Source: an uncultured Gemmatimonadota bacterium (lineage in GTDB: Bacteria > JAAXHH01). Taken from it: a stretch of DNA of 64,000 nucleotides. Positions 55,696 to 64,000 of the stretch are shown piece by piece; the stretch's first letter is position 1, and the number at the start of each line of letters is the position of its first letter. Location: positions 1,056,001 through 1,120,000 of the forward strand of contig OX638340.1 in the NCBI GenBank assembly GCA_951812955.1. The letters run 5' to 3'. The notes under the pieces are model-generated. The model worked only from the letters and a program-made list of their open reading frames with translations. It did not search any database and was not told the DNA's origin. Both the position numbers and the translations under genes were made by a program.

Positions 55696-57159
55696 ATGAA
55701 ACGTAACGCCCGACCTAACGTCGTCCTCATCTGCGCCGACCAGCTTCGCGGCGACTCCCTGGGCATTGCGGGCCACCCCGTGGTCCACACGCCCGGGATC
55801 GACGCCCTCGCCCATACCGGACATTACTTCCCCCGCGCGGTCTCCGAGGTTCCCTCCTGCGTGGGCGCCCGCCGGACGCTCTTCAGCGGGCAGTGGCCGG
55901 TCACCCATGGCATGGTCGGTTTCAACGACATGGAGGCGTGGGACGAACCGGACACGCTCTGCCGGGTATTCCAGCGAAACGGCTACAAAACCTACTGCAT
56001 CGGGAAAAGGCATGTCTATCCGCAGGACGCACCCTACGGCTTCGACCGCATCGTCGCCCACGAGGAAGGCCGGTACCTTTCACCCGGATACCGCGACGAT
56101 TACCTGGACTGGCTTGCTGAACAGGGCTGGGACGACTTCGGCCTGTTCAACGCGGGCGTGACCAACAATGGGTACACGGCCCGTCCCTGCGTATTTCCCG
56201 AGGAATTTCACGTGACGACCTGGACGGCCACCCAGGCCATACGCGTGATGGACGAGCACGTCCGGGACCACGGCCGGGACACGCCCTTCTTCCTGTTCGT
56301 GTCCTTCAGCAAGCCCCATCCGCCCTGGGATCCGCCGGCTTTCTTCTACGAGCGATATGCCGGCGACCCCGACCTGCCCGATCCGGTCATTGGCGATCCG
56401 TCCCGCTACGTGAGCGGACGCACACCCTTCGTCAAGGCCCACGGCCCCTTCCCGGAAGCCGAGTATCTCCCACGCTCAACTAAAGACGTCCGGCGGGCCC
56501 GGGCGGGATACTACGGTTGCATCGATCACGTAGACACACAGATCACGCGGTTCACGTATCACATGTGGCGCATGCTCCAGCTGCGCAATCTCGTCTTCGC
56601 CTTCGTCGGTGACCATGGCGACATGCTGGGCGATCACCATTACTGGGCCAAGTCCTACGGTTACGAGGGTTCGATCCGCGTGCCCTTCGTCCTGAATTTC
56701 CCCGCGCAGCTGGATTTCCCAGCCGGCGTCCAATATCCCGAAACGACCGTGGGACTGGCCGACCTGATGCCCACGCTGCTGGACGTGTGCGGCCTGCCCG
56801 CGCCCGGCTGCATGGACGGCCGTTCGCTCATGCCGCTCGTGCGGGGCGATACGCACCGACTGGACCGGGAGCATCAGCACGCGGAACATCTCGAGTTCGG
56901 ACACTATCTAGTCGACCACCGGGAGAAGTTCATCTGGCACTACCGGACGGGGCAGTTCGAGTACTACGATCTCCAGGACGATCCGCTCGAGTGCCGGAAC
57001 CTCTATGGCGATGATCATCCCAGAGCACGGGTCCTTCGGGACCGGTTACAGCACCTGATTGTGGCGCAGGGCCGGGAGAAGGACTTCATGCGCGACGGGA
57101 AACTGAGCAACGAAGTCGCGCAAAGCCACACCCACGAGTTTCCGCCCTATGCCGTGTAG
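55696..57159 (+). CDS. Sulfatase-like hydrolase (alkaline-phosphatase superfamily) with non-canonical CxGxR in place of the CxPxR formylglycine motif
   Basis: VVLICADQLRGD N-terminus. PSCVGARRTLFSGQ aligns to the CSPSRAALLTG block with Pro replaced by Gly. Confidence 0.7.
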   Translation: MKRNARPNVVLICADQLRGDSLGIAGHPVVHTPGIDALAHTGHYFPRAVSEVPSCVGARRTLFSGQWPVTHGMVGFNDMEAWDEPDTLCRVFQRNGYKTYCIGKRHVYPQDAPYGFDRIVAHEEGRYLSPGYRDDYLDWLAEQGWDDFGLFNAGVTNNGYTARPCVFPEEFHVTTWTATQAIRVMDEHVRDHGRDTPFFLFVSFSKPHPPWDPPAFFYERYAGDPDLPDPVIGDPSRYVSGRTPFVKAHGPFPEAEYLPRSTKDVRRARAGYYGCIDHVDTQITRFTYHMWRMLQLRNLVFAFVGDHGDMLGDHHYWAKSYGYEGSIRVPFVLNFPAQLDFPAGVQYPETTVGLADLMPTLLDVCGLPAPGCMDGRSLMPLVRGDTHRLDREHQHAEHLEFGHYLVDHREKFIWHYRTGQFEYYDLQDDPLECRNLYGDDHPRARVLRDRLQHLIVAQGREKDFMRDGKLSNEVAQSHTHEFPPYAV

Positions 57160-57196
57160 GGTAAGCCGCCCTTTTGCCCGGCCGGTGAGGTAAAAA

Positions 57197-58201
57197 ATGG
57201 AAAAGCCGTTCGAGACCAGTTATAACCGCAAGGGGCTACGTCCCCGGTATCCCGAATTGATCCCGCCCGAAAAGATCCGCGAAAAGCTGCTGGAACTCTT
57301 CGGCATGGCAGAGATCCCCGTGCAGGTCGATTGCACCTTGGGTGATTCCCGGGTGGAAGACGATATCCGTCTCACGAATCTGTCATACGCCAATTCCCAC
57401 GGGGAGACGGTACCGGCCATACTGATCGAGCCCCTGGACAACCCGGCGAAACACCTCCCGGGCGTCGTCTGCGTCCCGGGTACGGGCGGATCGGCGGAGC
57501 GCATGGCCCTCGAACGGTACTACAAGGACGATCCGAATGATCCGCCGCTATATGGCTGGGCACGGGAACTGGCGCGAAGGGGATACGTCACCCTGGCCAT
57601 CTCGCCCAAGGGTTGCCACGGCCGGGACACGAACGAGGTCTCCTGGTACATCGAACTCAAACACCTGCTGGCCTACGGCATTTCGCAGATGGGTCTCCTG
57701 GTGGAGGAAGCGCTCAGGGGCGTCCGGGTGCTCGAAGTCCAGGACCGGATAGGAAAAAACAAGGTGGGGATGACCGGCATGTCCCTGGGGGGCAACGCAA
57801 CGTGGTACGCCATGGCCTGCGCCCCGTGGCTGGCGACGGGCGTGCCCATCTGCGGCGGCGTGGGCCAAATGGAGAGCGTCATACGGGGCGGCGACCTGTA
57901 CCGGCACAGCGCCTACTTCTACGTGCCCCACATGCTTCGCTACTTCGACCATCCCGAAATCGTAGCGAACTGCATCGCGCCGCGTCCCTTCATGATGGTG
58001 GCGCCCACATCGGACGAGGACATGCCGAAGTGCGGTGTCGACGAACTCATAAGCATAGTGGCGCCGGCATACCAAGAGGCCGGCGCAGACGATCGTTTCC
58101 GCGTGTACCAGCCCGACGGCAACCACGTCTTCAGGTTTGAGTACTTCGAATGGATGGTGGAATGGTTCGACCACTTTCTCAAGGGAGAACCGGGGACGTA
58201 G
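57197..58201 (+). CDS. Alpha/beta-hydrolase (dienelactone hydrolase / acetyl-esterase-like)
   Basis: Nucleophile elbow GMSLGG. 334 aa. Confidence 0.7.
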   Translation: MEKPFETSYNRKGLRPRYPELIPPEKIREKLLELFGMAEIPVQVDCTLGDSRVEDDIRLTNLSYANSHGETVPAILIEPLDNPAKHLPGVVCVPGTGGSAERMALERYYKDDPNDPPLYGWARELARRGYVTLAISPKGCHGRDTNEVSWYIELKHLLAYGISQMGLLVEEALRGVRVLEVQDRIGKNKVGMTGMSLGGNATWYAMACAPWLATGVPICGGVGQMESVIRGGDLYRHSAYFYVPHMLRYFDHPEIVANCIAPRPFMMVAPTSDEDMPKCGVDELISIVAPAYQEAGADDRFRVYQPDGNHVFRFEYFEWMVEWFDHFLKGEPGT

Positions 58202-58338
58202 GCGATCCGGCGGAGCTGTTCGACCAATTTCTGAAGCGCGTTTGCCCTTGACGGTCTTTGGAGATCCACCTTACTTTATTCGTGTTCCCATCGACTTTAC
58301 CTGTGTTCCCAACGACATCATCCAGGCAGGATGGAATC

Positions 58339-59478
58339 GTGAGCAATTCTGCTAAAGAAGCAAGCGGATCGGGTGATTCCCACGAAATCGTAGGTCCGGA
58401 CCACACCGCGTTGTCCGACGAGGAAGTACTGACCGAGGGGCCCGAGTACAACGCACCGCTCCCGAAGAACCGGGTAAAGTGGTACCGCTGCCGCGTGACC
58501 CGGGAGCAGCTGGCCAGTCTCAACAAACGAAGCGATTTCCTCGGATTCGTCCAGACCCTGGGCTATCTCGCCGTCCTCGCCGCGGGGGCGGGTGTCGCCA
58601 TCTACTCTTCTTTGAACTGGCCGTGGTACATCACCCTCCTGCTGGTGTTCATCAACGGACACTTCTGGCATTTCCTGGTCAACGGCTTCCATGAACTGGT
58701 CCATGATTCCGTCTTCCGGACGCGGTGGCTAAACCGCTTCTTCCTTCGCGTCTATTCTTTCCTGGGCTGGCACAACCACCATCACTTCTGGGCGAGCCAC
58801 ACCGAGCACCACAAGTACACGCTTCACCATCCCGACGACCAGGAAGTGATCCTGCCCCAGAAGTTCGACATGCGGAACATGTGGAAATGGTCGATCATCA
58901 ACTACCGGTATCCCTACGACCTGGTTAAAGGCAAGCTCGCGGCCTTCGCCGGGAAAATCCCGGACGACCGCTGGTCCCGGGAACTCTTTCCCGAAAGCGA
59001 TCCGGAGCGGCGCAGGGCCTTTACCAATTGGGAACGTTTCATGTTCACGGGTCACGTTCTTGTTGCGGGCGGAGCGCTGGTCTCGGGCCTGTGGGTGGTC
59101 CCGCTGGTCATCACCTTTCCGCGGATGTTCGGTGCGTGGTTGCAGTTCCTTTGCAACGCCACGCAGCACGTTGGGCTGCAGGACGAAGTGCCCGATTACC
59201 GCCTTTGCTGCAGGACGTTCTATATCAACCCCATCCTGCAGTTCCTGTACTGGCACATGAACTACCATACCGAGCACCACATGTACGCCGCGGTGCCCTG
59301 CTACAGGCTTGGACGCCTGCACAGACTCATCAAGCACGAGATGCCTCTCTGCACCCGTGGACTCTACGCGACCTGGAAACAGATTATCGAGATCATGGAC
59401 CGCCAGGAAGTCGAACCCGATTACCAGTTCGTCGTCGAACTTCCGACGGCCTCTCCCACACCCCGGGAATCTACGTGA
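58339..59478 (+). CDS. Membrane fatty-acid desaturase family protein
   Basis: His boxes HELVHD, HNHHHF/HTEHHKY and HTEHHMY. Start (GTG at 58339) is uncertain. Confidence 0.65.
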   Translation: MSNSAKEASGSGDSHEIVGPDHTALSDEEVLTEGPEYNAPLPKNRVKWYRCRVTREQLASLNKRSDFLGFVQTLGYLAVLAAGAGVAIYSSLNWPWYITLLLVFINGHFWHFLVNGFHELVHDSVFRTRWLNRFFLRVYSFLGWHNHHHFWASHTEHHKYTLHHPDDQEVILPQKFDMRNMWKWSIINYRYPYDLVKGKLAAFAGKIPDDRWSRELFPESDPERRRAFTNWERFMFTGHVLVAGGALVSGLWVVPLVITFPRMFGAWLQFLCNATQHVGLQDEVPDYRLCCRTFYINPILQFLYWHMNYHTEHHMYAAVPCYRLGRLHRLIKHEMPLCTRGLYATWKQIIEIMDRQEVEPDYQFVVELPTASPTPREST

Positions 59479-60602
59479 AAATCACCGGCATAATACTGTT
59501 TGTGCTGGAAGATCCGGACCAGCCGCAGTACTACCATGTGTTGAAGCAGGTCCCGGGCCTGAGGCGCACGCAGTATACCCATGGCAGCGAATCCCATCCC
59601 AAAGGCGGAAACCTGCGTCAGCACTTCATCCGGGTCGAGACCGACGAAGGTATATCCGGTGTGTGCACGACCACGATGGGCCGTGAGCAGGTGGAGATCC
59701 TGAAGACACAGGTACTGGGCAAGAATCCCCTGCACCGGGAAGCGCTGTTCCAGTTGCTCCACAAGGGAACGCGCTGGCTGTACCAGAAACCAGGGTGGTT
59801 CGGTGACTTCGACAACTGTCTCTGGGACATCGCCGGCAAGAAGGCCGGCCTGCCGGTCTACGACCTGATCGGCCGGGTACGCGACCGGTTCCCGGTTTAC
59901 CTGACCGGGGGAGATTCCGACATCGAGACCTACCTGCGGATGATTCAGCAAGGCAAGGAATACGGGGTCAACGCCTACAAGTTTCACACCTACAAGGGCG
60001 GAAAGGCGGATATCCCGATATTCAGGGAAGTCCGCCGGATCGTCGGACCCGATTATCTGCTGTTAAACGACCCGGTCTGTTCGTATACGCTGAAGGAAGC
60101 GATCGAGGTGGGCAGGGTCTTGGAGGAATTGGATTTCATCTGGCTGGAAGAACCGATGCACGAACACAAAGAGCACCAGTATCAGGAACTGTGTAGGGAA
60201 TTGACCATACCGGTGATGGGGAACGAAACGCTGATGGGCGACCTGGGGATTTCCACGCAGCGGCTGATTTCGGGGGCGACCGACCTGTTGCGCGCCAATG
60301 CCCGTTTCGGGACCACCCAGGTGCTCAAGATGGCCCATTTTGCGGAGATGTACGACACGAATATCGAGCTGAACGCCGAAGGGGGACTCTTCGGAATCGT
60401 CCACGCACATCTCGGATGTTGCATCGACAACACAGGGTTCTACGAGACCGGCGCCAATGGCTTCGTAGACACGGCCAGCATCTGGGGCATGGTTAACAAA
60501 CCGCTCATCGCGGACGGCCACATCGTCCCGCCCGACGGGCCGGGCTGGGGCGCCGAGTGGGACATGGATCGCTTCGAAGCCATGACCGTGGCCGCGTACT
60601 GA
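59474..60602 (+). CDS. Enolase-superfamily (MR/MLE) protein, second paralog
   Basis: VKITGIILFVLEDP... N-terminus plus barrel-domain motifs. GTG start overlaps the desaturase stop. The tool's 59028 start is rejected. Confidence 0.7.
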
Positions 60603-60745
60603 GACACGGAATCGATCCCCTTCGACCCGGCGTTTTCCTTGCCTGCCCAGCCCCAGCCACCTCACCTGTACTTCCGTAGCTACGACTCCTGAACTACCGC
60701 AGCCACGATCTCCTGTACTTCCGCAGCCACGGTCTCTCTCCCGCA

Positions 60746-61219
60746 CTACACTTCCAGGTACTTGATCTCACCGCGTATATACTTTGTAGATACTTGCAAG
60801 CGGGCAACCGAGACGGGCAGGCTGAATCGGCGGGGCCCCGCGCTGCCTGGATTGAGATACCAGACCCCGTCTCCGCGCTGTTCCCACTCCGGACGGTGGG
60901 AATGGCCGTAGACGACCACGCCTATGCCCGCGGCCGCGGGGTCGAGGTTCAGATCTTCGATATCGTGGACGACGTAGATCGATCGCCCTTCGACTTCCAC
61001 CAGTTCGGTCACCGGCAACCGCGCTGCCCAGGGCTGATAGTCCGTATTACCCCGGACGACCGTTACCGGGGCGATCTCCGCCATGGCGTCCAGTATATCC
61101 TCGCTACCCACGTCCCCGCCGTGTATGATCCGTTCGACGCCATCCAGCGCGGCCACGGCCGCTGGCCGCAACAGGCCGTGGGTATCCGAAATCACACCGA
61201 TCTCAACAGGATGGCTCAT
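60746..61219 (-). CDS. YfcE-like metallophosphoesterase
   Basis: GVISDTHG and GGDVGS motifs. ~157 aa. Confidence 0.75.
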   Translation of the reverse strand: MSHPVEIGVISDTHGLLRPAAVAALDGVERIIHGGDVGSEDILDAMAEIAPVTVVRGNTDYQPWAARLPVTELVEVEGRSIYVVHDIEDLNLDPAAAGIGVVVYGHSHRPEWEQRGDGVWYLNPGSAGPRRFSLPVSVARLQVSTKYIRGEIKYLEV

Positions 61220-61255
61220 AGATTCCCGTGTCAACGTACGATTCCGCAAAGACGG

Positions 61256-61708
61256 CTAGGCCCGATCTTTCATTGTCCCCGGCATCAGGCTGTACTTGCC
61301 CGGACCGGTAAACCAAAGGGCGATGTATATGGCGCAAAGTTCCATCGCGTGCGACGCGCCGTTGAGACCTGAACCTGGATCGTCGGCAGGCAGCGACAGG
61401 TGACGCAGCATGGCCAGAAGCATGGTCAGCGTGAGCAGCGTCGTCGCGGGCCGGAAGAATACACCGAATATCACGAGTATCGAGCAGACGAATTCCGCGA
61501 ATCCGGCCATGAAGCCCCAGAATGCCGGAAGAAAGCTGATGCCGACCAGTTCCATGTTGCCGCCGATGGCGGCCCAGCGCTCGGGATTGGATATCTTTCC
61601 CCAACCGTGAAACGCCGCCATGCTGAAACCGATCACAATGCGGATGATGAGCAGACCGAGGTCGGTCATACCGAGGTTTTTCGTAAGAAAGCACACGATT
61701 CTATTCAT
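61256..61708 (-). CDS. DoxX-family membrane protein
   Basis: Four-TM DoxX pattern (LLIIRIVIGFSMAAFHGWGKI). Confidence 0.7.
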   Translation of the reverse strand: MNRIVCFLTKNLGMTDLGLLIIRIVIGFSMAAFHGWGKISNPERWAAIGGNMELVGISFLPAFWGFMAGFAEFVCSILVIFGVFFRPATTLLTLTMLLAMLRHLSLPADDPGSGLNGASHAMELCAIYIALWFTGPGKYSLMPGTMKDRA

Positions 61709-61803
61709 GGTGAGTTCCTTTTGTATGGGGTGAATACGTGCTCTACCGGCCGTGAACGTCTTTAGAATACACGCAATGTTTCACGTGGCCGGTTGCCGGG
61801 CCG

Positions 61804-62802
61804 TCACGTCCAGACAACCTCCCGTGCCTCGCCCGCGGGACCGGCCTGCAGGATGGTGTCCGCCACGGCAATGGCCTTGATCGCCTCCGTGCCCGGCGAA
61901 AGGCACGTGACATCGCCACGCACGCACGATAGGAAATGCGCCGCCTGGCAGGCGTACATGTCGGGCTCCGCTTTCGACTTGATCAGCGTCTGCTCGCCTT
62001 CGCGGTTCGTGAAACAGCAGTACTGGTGAGGCTCATCGTCTTCCGGATCTGGCAGGTCACCTGTACCGAACTGAACAAAACCTTTCGGTCCGATAATGTC
62101 GTGCAATCCATTGCCCCGGGCCGCCCAGCTCCATGACATGAGCAACTGGTTTCCGTTCTTGTAGCGGACGATGGCGGAACAGGTGTCCTGGGCGGATGAT
62201 TCGGGGTCCATATCTATCGAACTGGAAAGGACGCTCTCGGGATCTCCGAAAAGGAAATTTGCGAAATCGTAGTTGTGGACGGCGCCGTCCATGAGCGGAC
62301 CGCCTCCGAGGTCGTGGTCCATGTACCAGCTTCCGGGACCGAATCCGGCCATGGCGTTACGCCAGAGGATGGGCGACCCCAGGTCCCCTGATGCGACGCA
62401 GGCGCCCCAGGACTTCCAGTAGGAGTCGAATCGCCGGCAATGGGCGACCATTAGCACGGTGTCCTTCCGTTCCGCAGTCTCGATCATACGCTGGCACTCG
62501 TCCACCGTTCTGGCCATGGGTTTTTCCACCAGTACCGGTATGCCTGCGTTGAGCGCGATCAAGGCCGCGGCACAGTGAAGGCCGGTGGGTACCGCAACGA
62601 CAACCGCGTCGACCTTACCGCTGTTGACGAGCGCTTCGGCCGAATCGAATCCCTCGGTGCCTGGAAAGTTGTCTTCAAATCGCGCACGCATTTCAGGGGA
62701 CGGATCTGCGCAGGCGACCAGGTGGCAACCATCGACCTGATCGAATGTCCGGGCCTGGTGCGTGCCCATGCCGCCGACGCCAATTGAACCCACTCTTATC
62801 AT
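61804..62802 (-). CDS. Gfo/Idh/MocA family oxidoreductase (second copy)
   Basis: MIRVGSIGVGGMGTHQ Rossmann N-terminus. 332 aa. Confidence 0.8.
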   Translation of the reverse strand: MIRVGSIGVGGMGTHQARTFDQVDGCHLVACADPSPEMRARFEDNFPGTEGFDSAEALVNSGKVDAVVVAVPTGLHCAAALIALNAGIPVLVEKPMARTVDECQRMIETAERKDTVLMVAHCRRFDSYWKSWGACVASGDLGSPILWRNAMAGFGPGSWYMDHDLGGGPLMDGAVHNYDFANFLFGDPESVLSSSIDMDPESSAQDTCSAIVRYKNGNQLLMSWSWAARGNGLHDIIGPKGFVQFGTGDLPDPEDDEPHQYCCFTNREGEQTLIKSKAEPDMYACQAAHFLSCVRGDVTCLSPGTEAIKAIAVADTILQAGPAGEAREVVWT

Positions 62803-63063
62803 AGTCTGTCCTTTCGTGGAGTGCCGTGAGAACTACCTGCAAGATCGCGGATTCTGCTGAATCAGGTTCTGCAATTTCCGGCAGAATCTGCATGAGAGGA
62901 TCGGCCTATGTGCACGTGATTTTTTGCCGGTCATACCTGTCCAATACAGGAGAAGCAAAAACTTGACTTATTTAAGGTCCACTTACACCTTGAGCATTCC
63001 ATCTATCGGATATGTATTCCGCTATGTCGCGAACATGGGGATAAAACCACGGGAGATCATGAA

Positions 63064-63387
63064 ATGTCCAACGCAATGGAGATCCAGGAAGCGAATCTGG
63101 CGAAAAAGGAACTGTCAAACGATGAACGACTGCAATTCGATGTGCAGTACGGGACCCGTCGAAAAGACCCTAATGTTGCCCTCGTTCTCAGCATTATGGG
63201 TGGTACGATCGGTTTAGACCGTTTCTACATAGGTGACATAGGCCTGGGCATCGCAAAACTACTGACACTCGGCGGGTTGTTCATCTGGACTATAATCGAC
63301 TTGTTCCTGATCATGGATGCGGCCCGGGCAAAAAACGGCGAACTCATGCGCCAGGTCCGGGACAGCATCGTTCAGTCGAGATCTTGA
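63064..63387 (+). CDS. TM2-domain membrane protein
   Basis: ALVLSIMGGTIGLDRFYIGDIGLGIAKLLTLGGLFIWTIIDL matches the TM2 domain. Confidence 0.6.
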   Translation: MSNAMEIQEANLAKKELSNDERLQFDVQYGTRRKDPNVALVLSIMGGTIGLDRFYIGDIGLGIAKLLTLGGLFIWTIIDLFLIMDAARAKNGELMRQVRDSIVQSRS

Positions 63388-63432
63388 CTCGAACAACGGA
63401 ACAGGTCCACCTCCACTGGTTTCGCCGGCCTC

Positions 63433-63816
63433 TTACCACCGGGCCGTAGCCGTCTTGGGGTCCGGTCCGAACCGGTTTTCACCCTTGGTTCCATCCAGGA
63501 TCAAAAACACCAGGAGTATTATGACACCGACAATCGGAATAAATGCGATCAGAAACCACCATCCGCTGCGGTCGGTGTCGTGCAGGCGTCTAAAGATCAC
63601 AGCGAGATAGGGAATGATGACGGCGATATAATAAAGGGTACTGAGGAATCCTAGGTTGTCTCCGCTCAATTCGAATTTCCACCCCATAAACTCGTCGATC
63701 ACGGCGAGGAATATGGTAATGAGTGCGGAGAAAAGAAAAAACATCCAGAATTCCTTCCTTCGCGCCCTTCCGCTGAAAACCGTGTACTTCCTCAATACAT
63801 CGATATACCAGTGCAT
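63433..63816 (-). CDS. DUF805 (YhaH-like) inner-membrane protein
   Basis: RRLHDTDRSGWW motif and 3-4 TM helices. Confidence 0.6.
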   Translation of the reverse strand: MHWYIDVLRKYTVFSGRARRKEFWMFFLFSALITIFLAVIDEFMGWKFELSGDNLGFLSTLYYIAVIIPYLAVIFRRLHDTDRSGWWFLIAFIPIVGVIILLVFLILDGTKGENRFGPDPKTATARW

Positions 63817-63885
63817 GTTGCCTCCTCACCATGAGTGGCTATTGCCGTCCTGACACAGTAGTCTCGAATAACCAGGCAGTTGGCT

Positions 63886-64000
63886 CACTGCCACAAAATA
63901 TCCCCATCATCCATCTGCGAAGCAAGAAACTCCTCGTTCAATTCAACGCCCAGACCCGGTGCTTCCGTCATCACCACGTGTCCGTCCTGGATCACCGACT
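63886..64000 (-). CDS. C-terminal end of a third enolase-superfamily (MR/MLE) gene, partial at the window edge
   Basis: Reverse translation gives ...SVIQDGHVVMTEAPGLGVELNEEFLASQMDDGDILWQ*, an MR/MLE C-terminal pattern. Confidence 0.4.

Noticed and set aside
59028-59473. 5' extension of the second MR/MLE ORF into the desaturase gene
   Set aside because: The extension is Arg/Pro-rich out-of-frame sequence of the desaturase. The GTG at 59474 gives the canonical MR/MLE N-terminus.
1-64000. Searched for CRISPR arrays, tRNA/rRNA genes, integrases and transposases
   Set aside because: No regularly spaced direct repeats, no cloverleaf-capable intergenic segments (the intergenic regions are short), and no recombinase-like ORFs. 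The AT-rich island has no identifiable mobility gene or att-like flanking repeat.

Overview
This is a GC-rich chromosomal segment from a diderm bacterium, about 90% coding, dominated by catabolic enzymes and transporters. Minus strand, 1-8230: an RND tripartite efflux operon (outer-membrane factor, periplasmic adaptor, AcrB-like pump) translationally coupled to an unusual GPP34-cytochrome P450 fusion and then a sterol/CFA-type SAM methyltransferase whose start lies in the window. Next come an ECF-type ABC module (duplicated ATPase plus EcfT), Gfo/Idh/MocA, enolase-superfamily and FAD oxidoreductase genes, proS, apaG, citrate synthase and a small outer-membrane beta-barrel. An AT-rich ~5.8 kb island (about 19.05-24.89 kb) interrupts this backbone. 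It carries an orphan gamma-class N6-adenine DNA methyltransferase-like protein with a suspicious C-terminus, an unknown 283-aa ORF, and a 900-aa DUF4062-STAND (NACHT-like) NTPase. I consider this the best candidate in the window for an undescribed defence system. Downstream are GH32, KduD-like SDR, cupin, two PhyH dioxygenases, TauD, two MBL hydrolases, adenosine deaminase, a five-gene Opp/Dpp-like ABC peptide importer with a second solute-binding protein, a Zn-ADH, an amidohydrolase, a sulfatase-like enzyme, a desaturase and more enolase-superfamily paralogs. Other notable items: an AhpD/CMD-family gene with an in-frame TGA at the second Cys of its CxxC motif, which is probably a selenoprotein; a lipoprotein combining a collagen-like Gly-X-Y repeat, a trypsin-like protease and a poly(Glu-Gly) tract encoded by slippage-prone repeats; a protein that looks like three fused RidA-like domains; and a stand-alone cytochrome oxidase subunit III-like protein with a Gly-rich extension. 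I found no rRNA, tRNA, CRISPR array, transposase or integrase.
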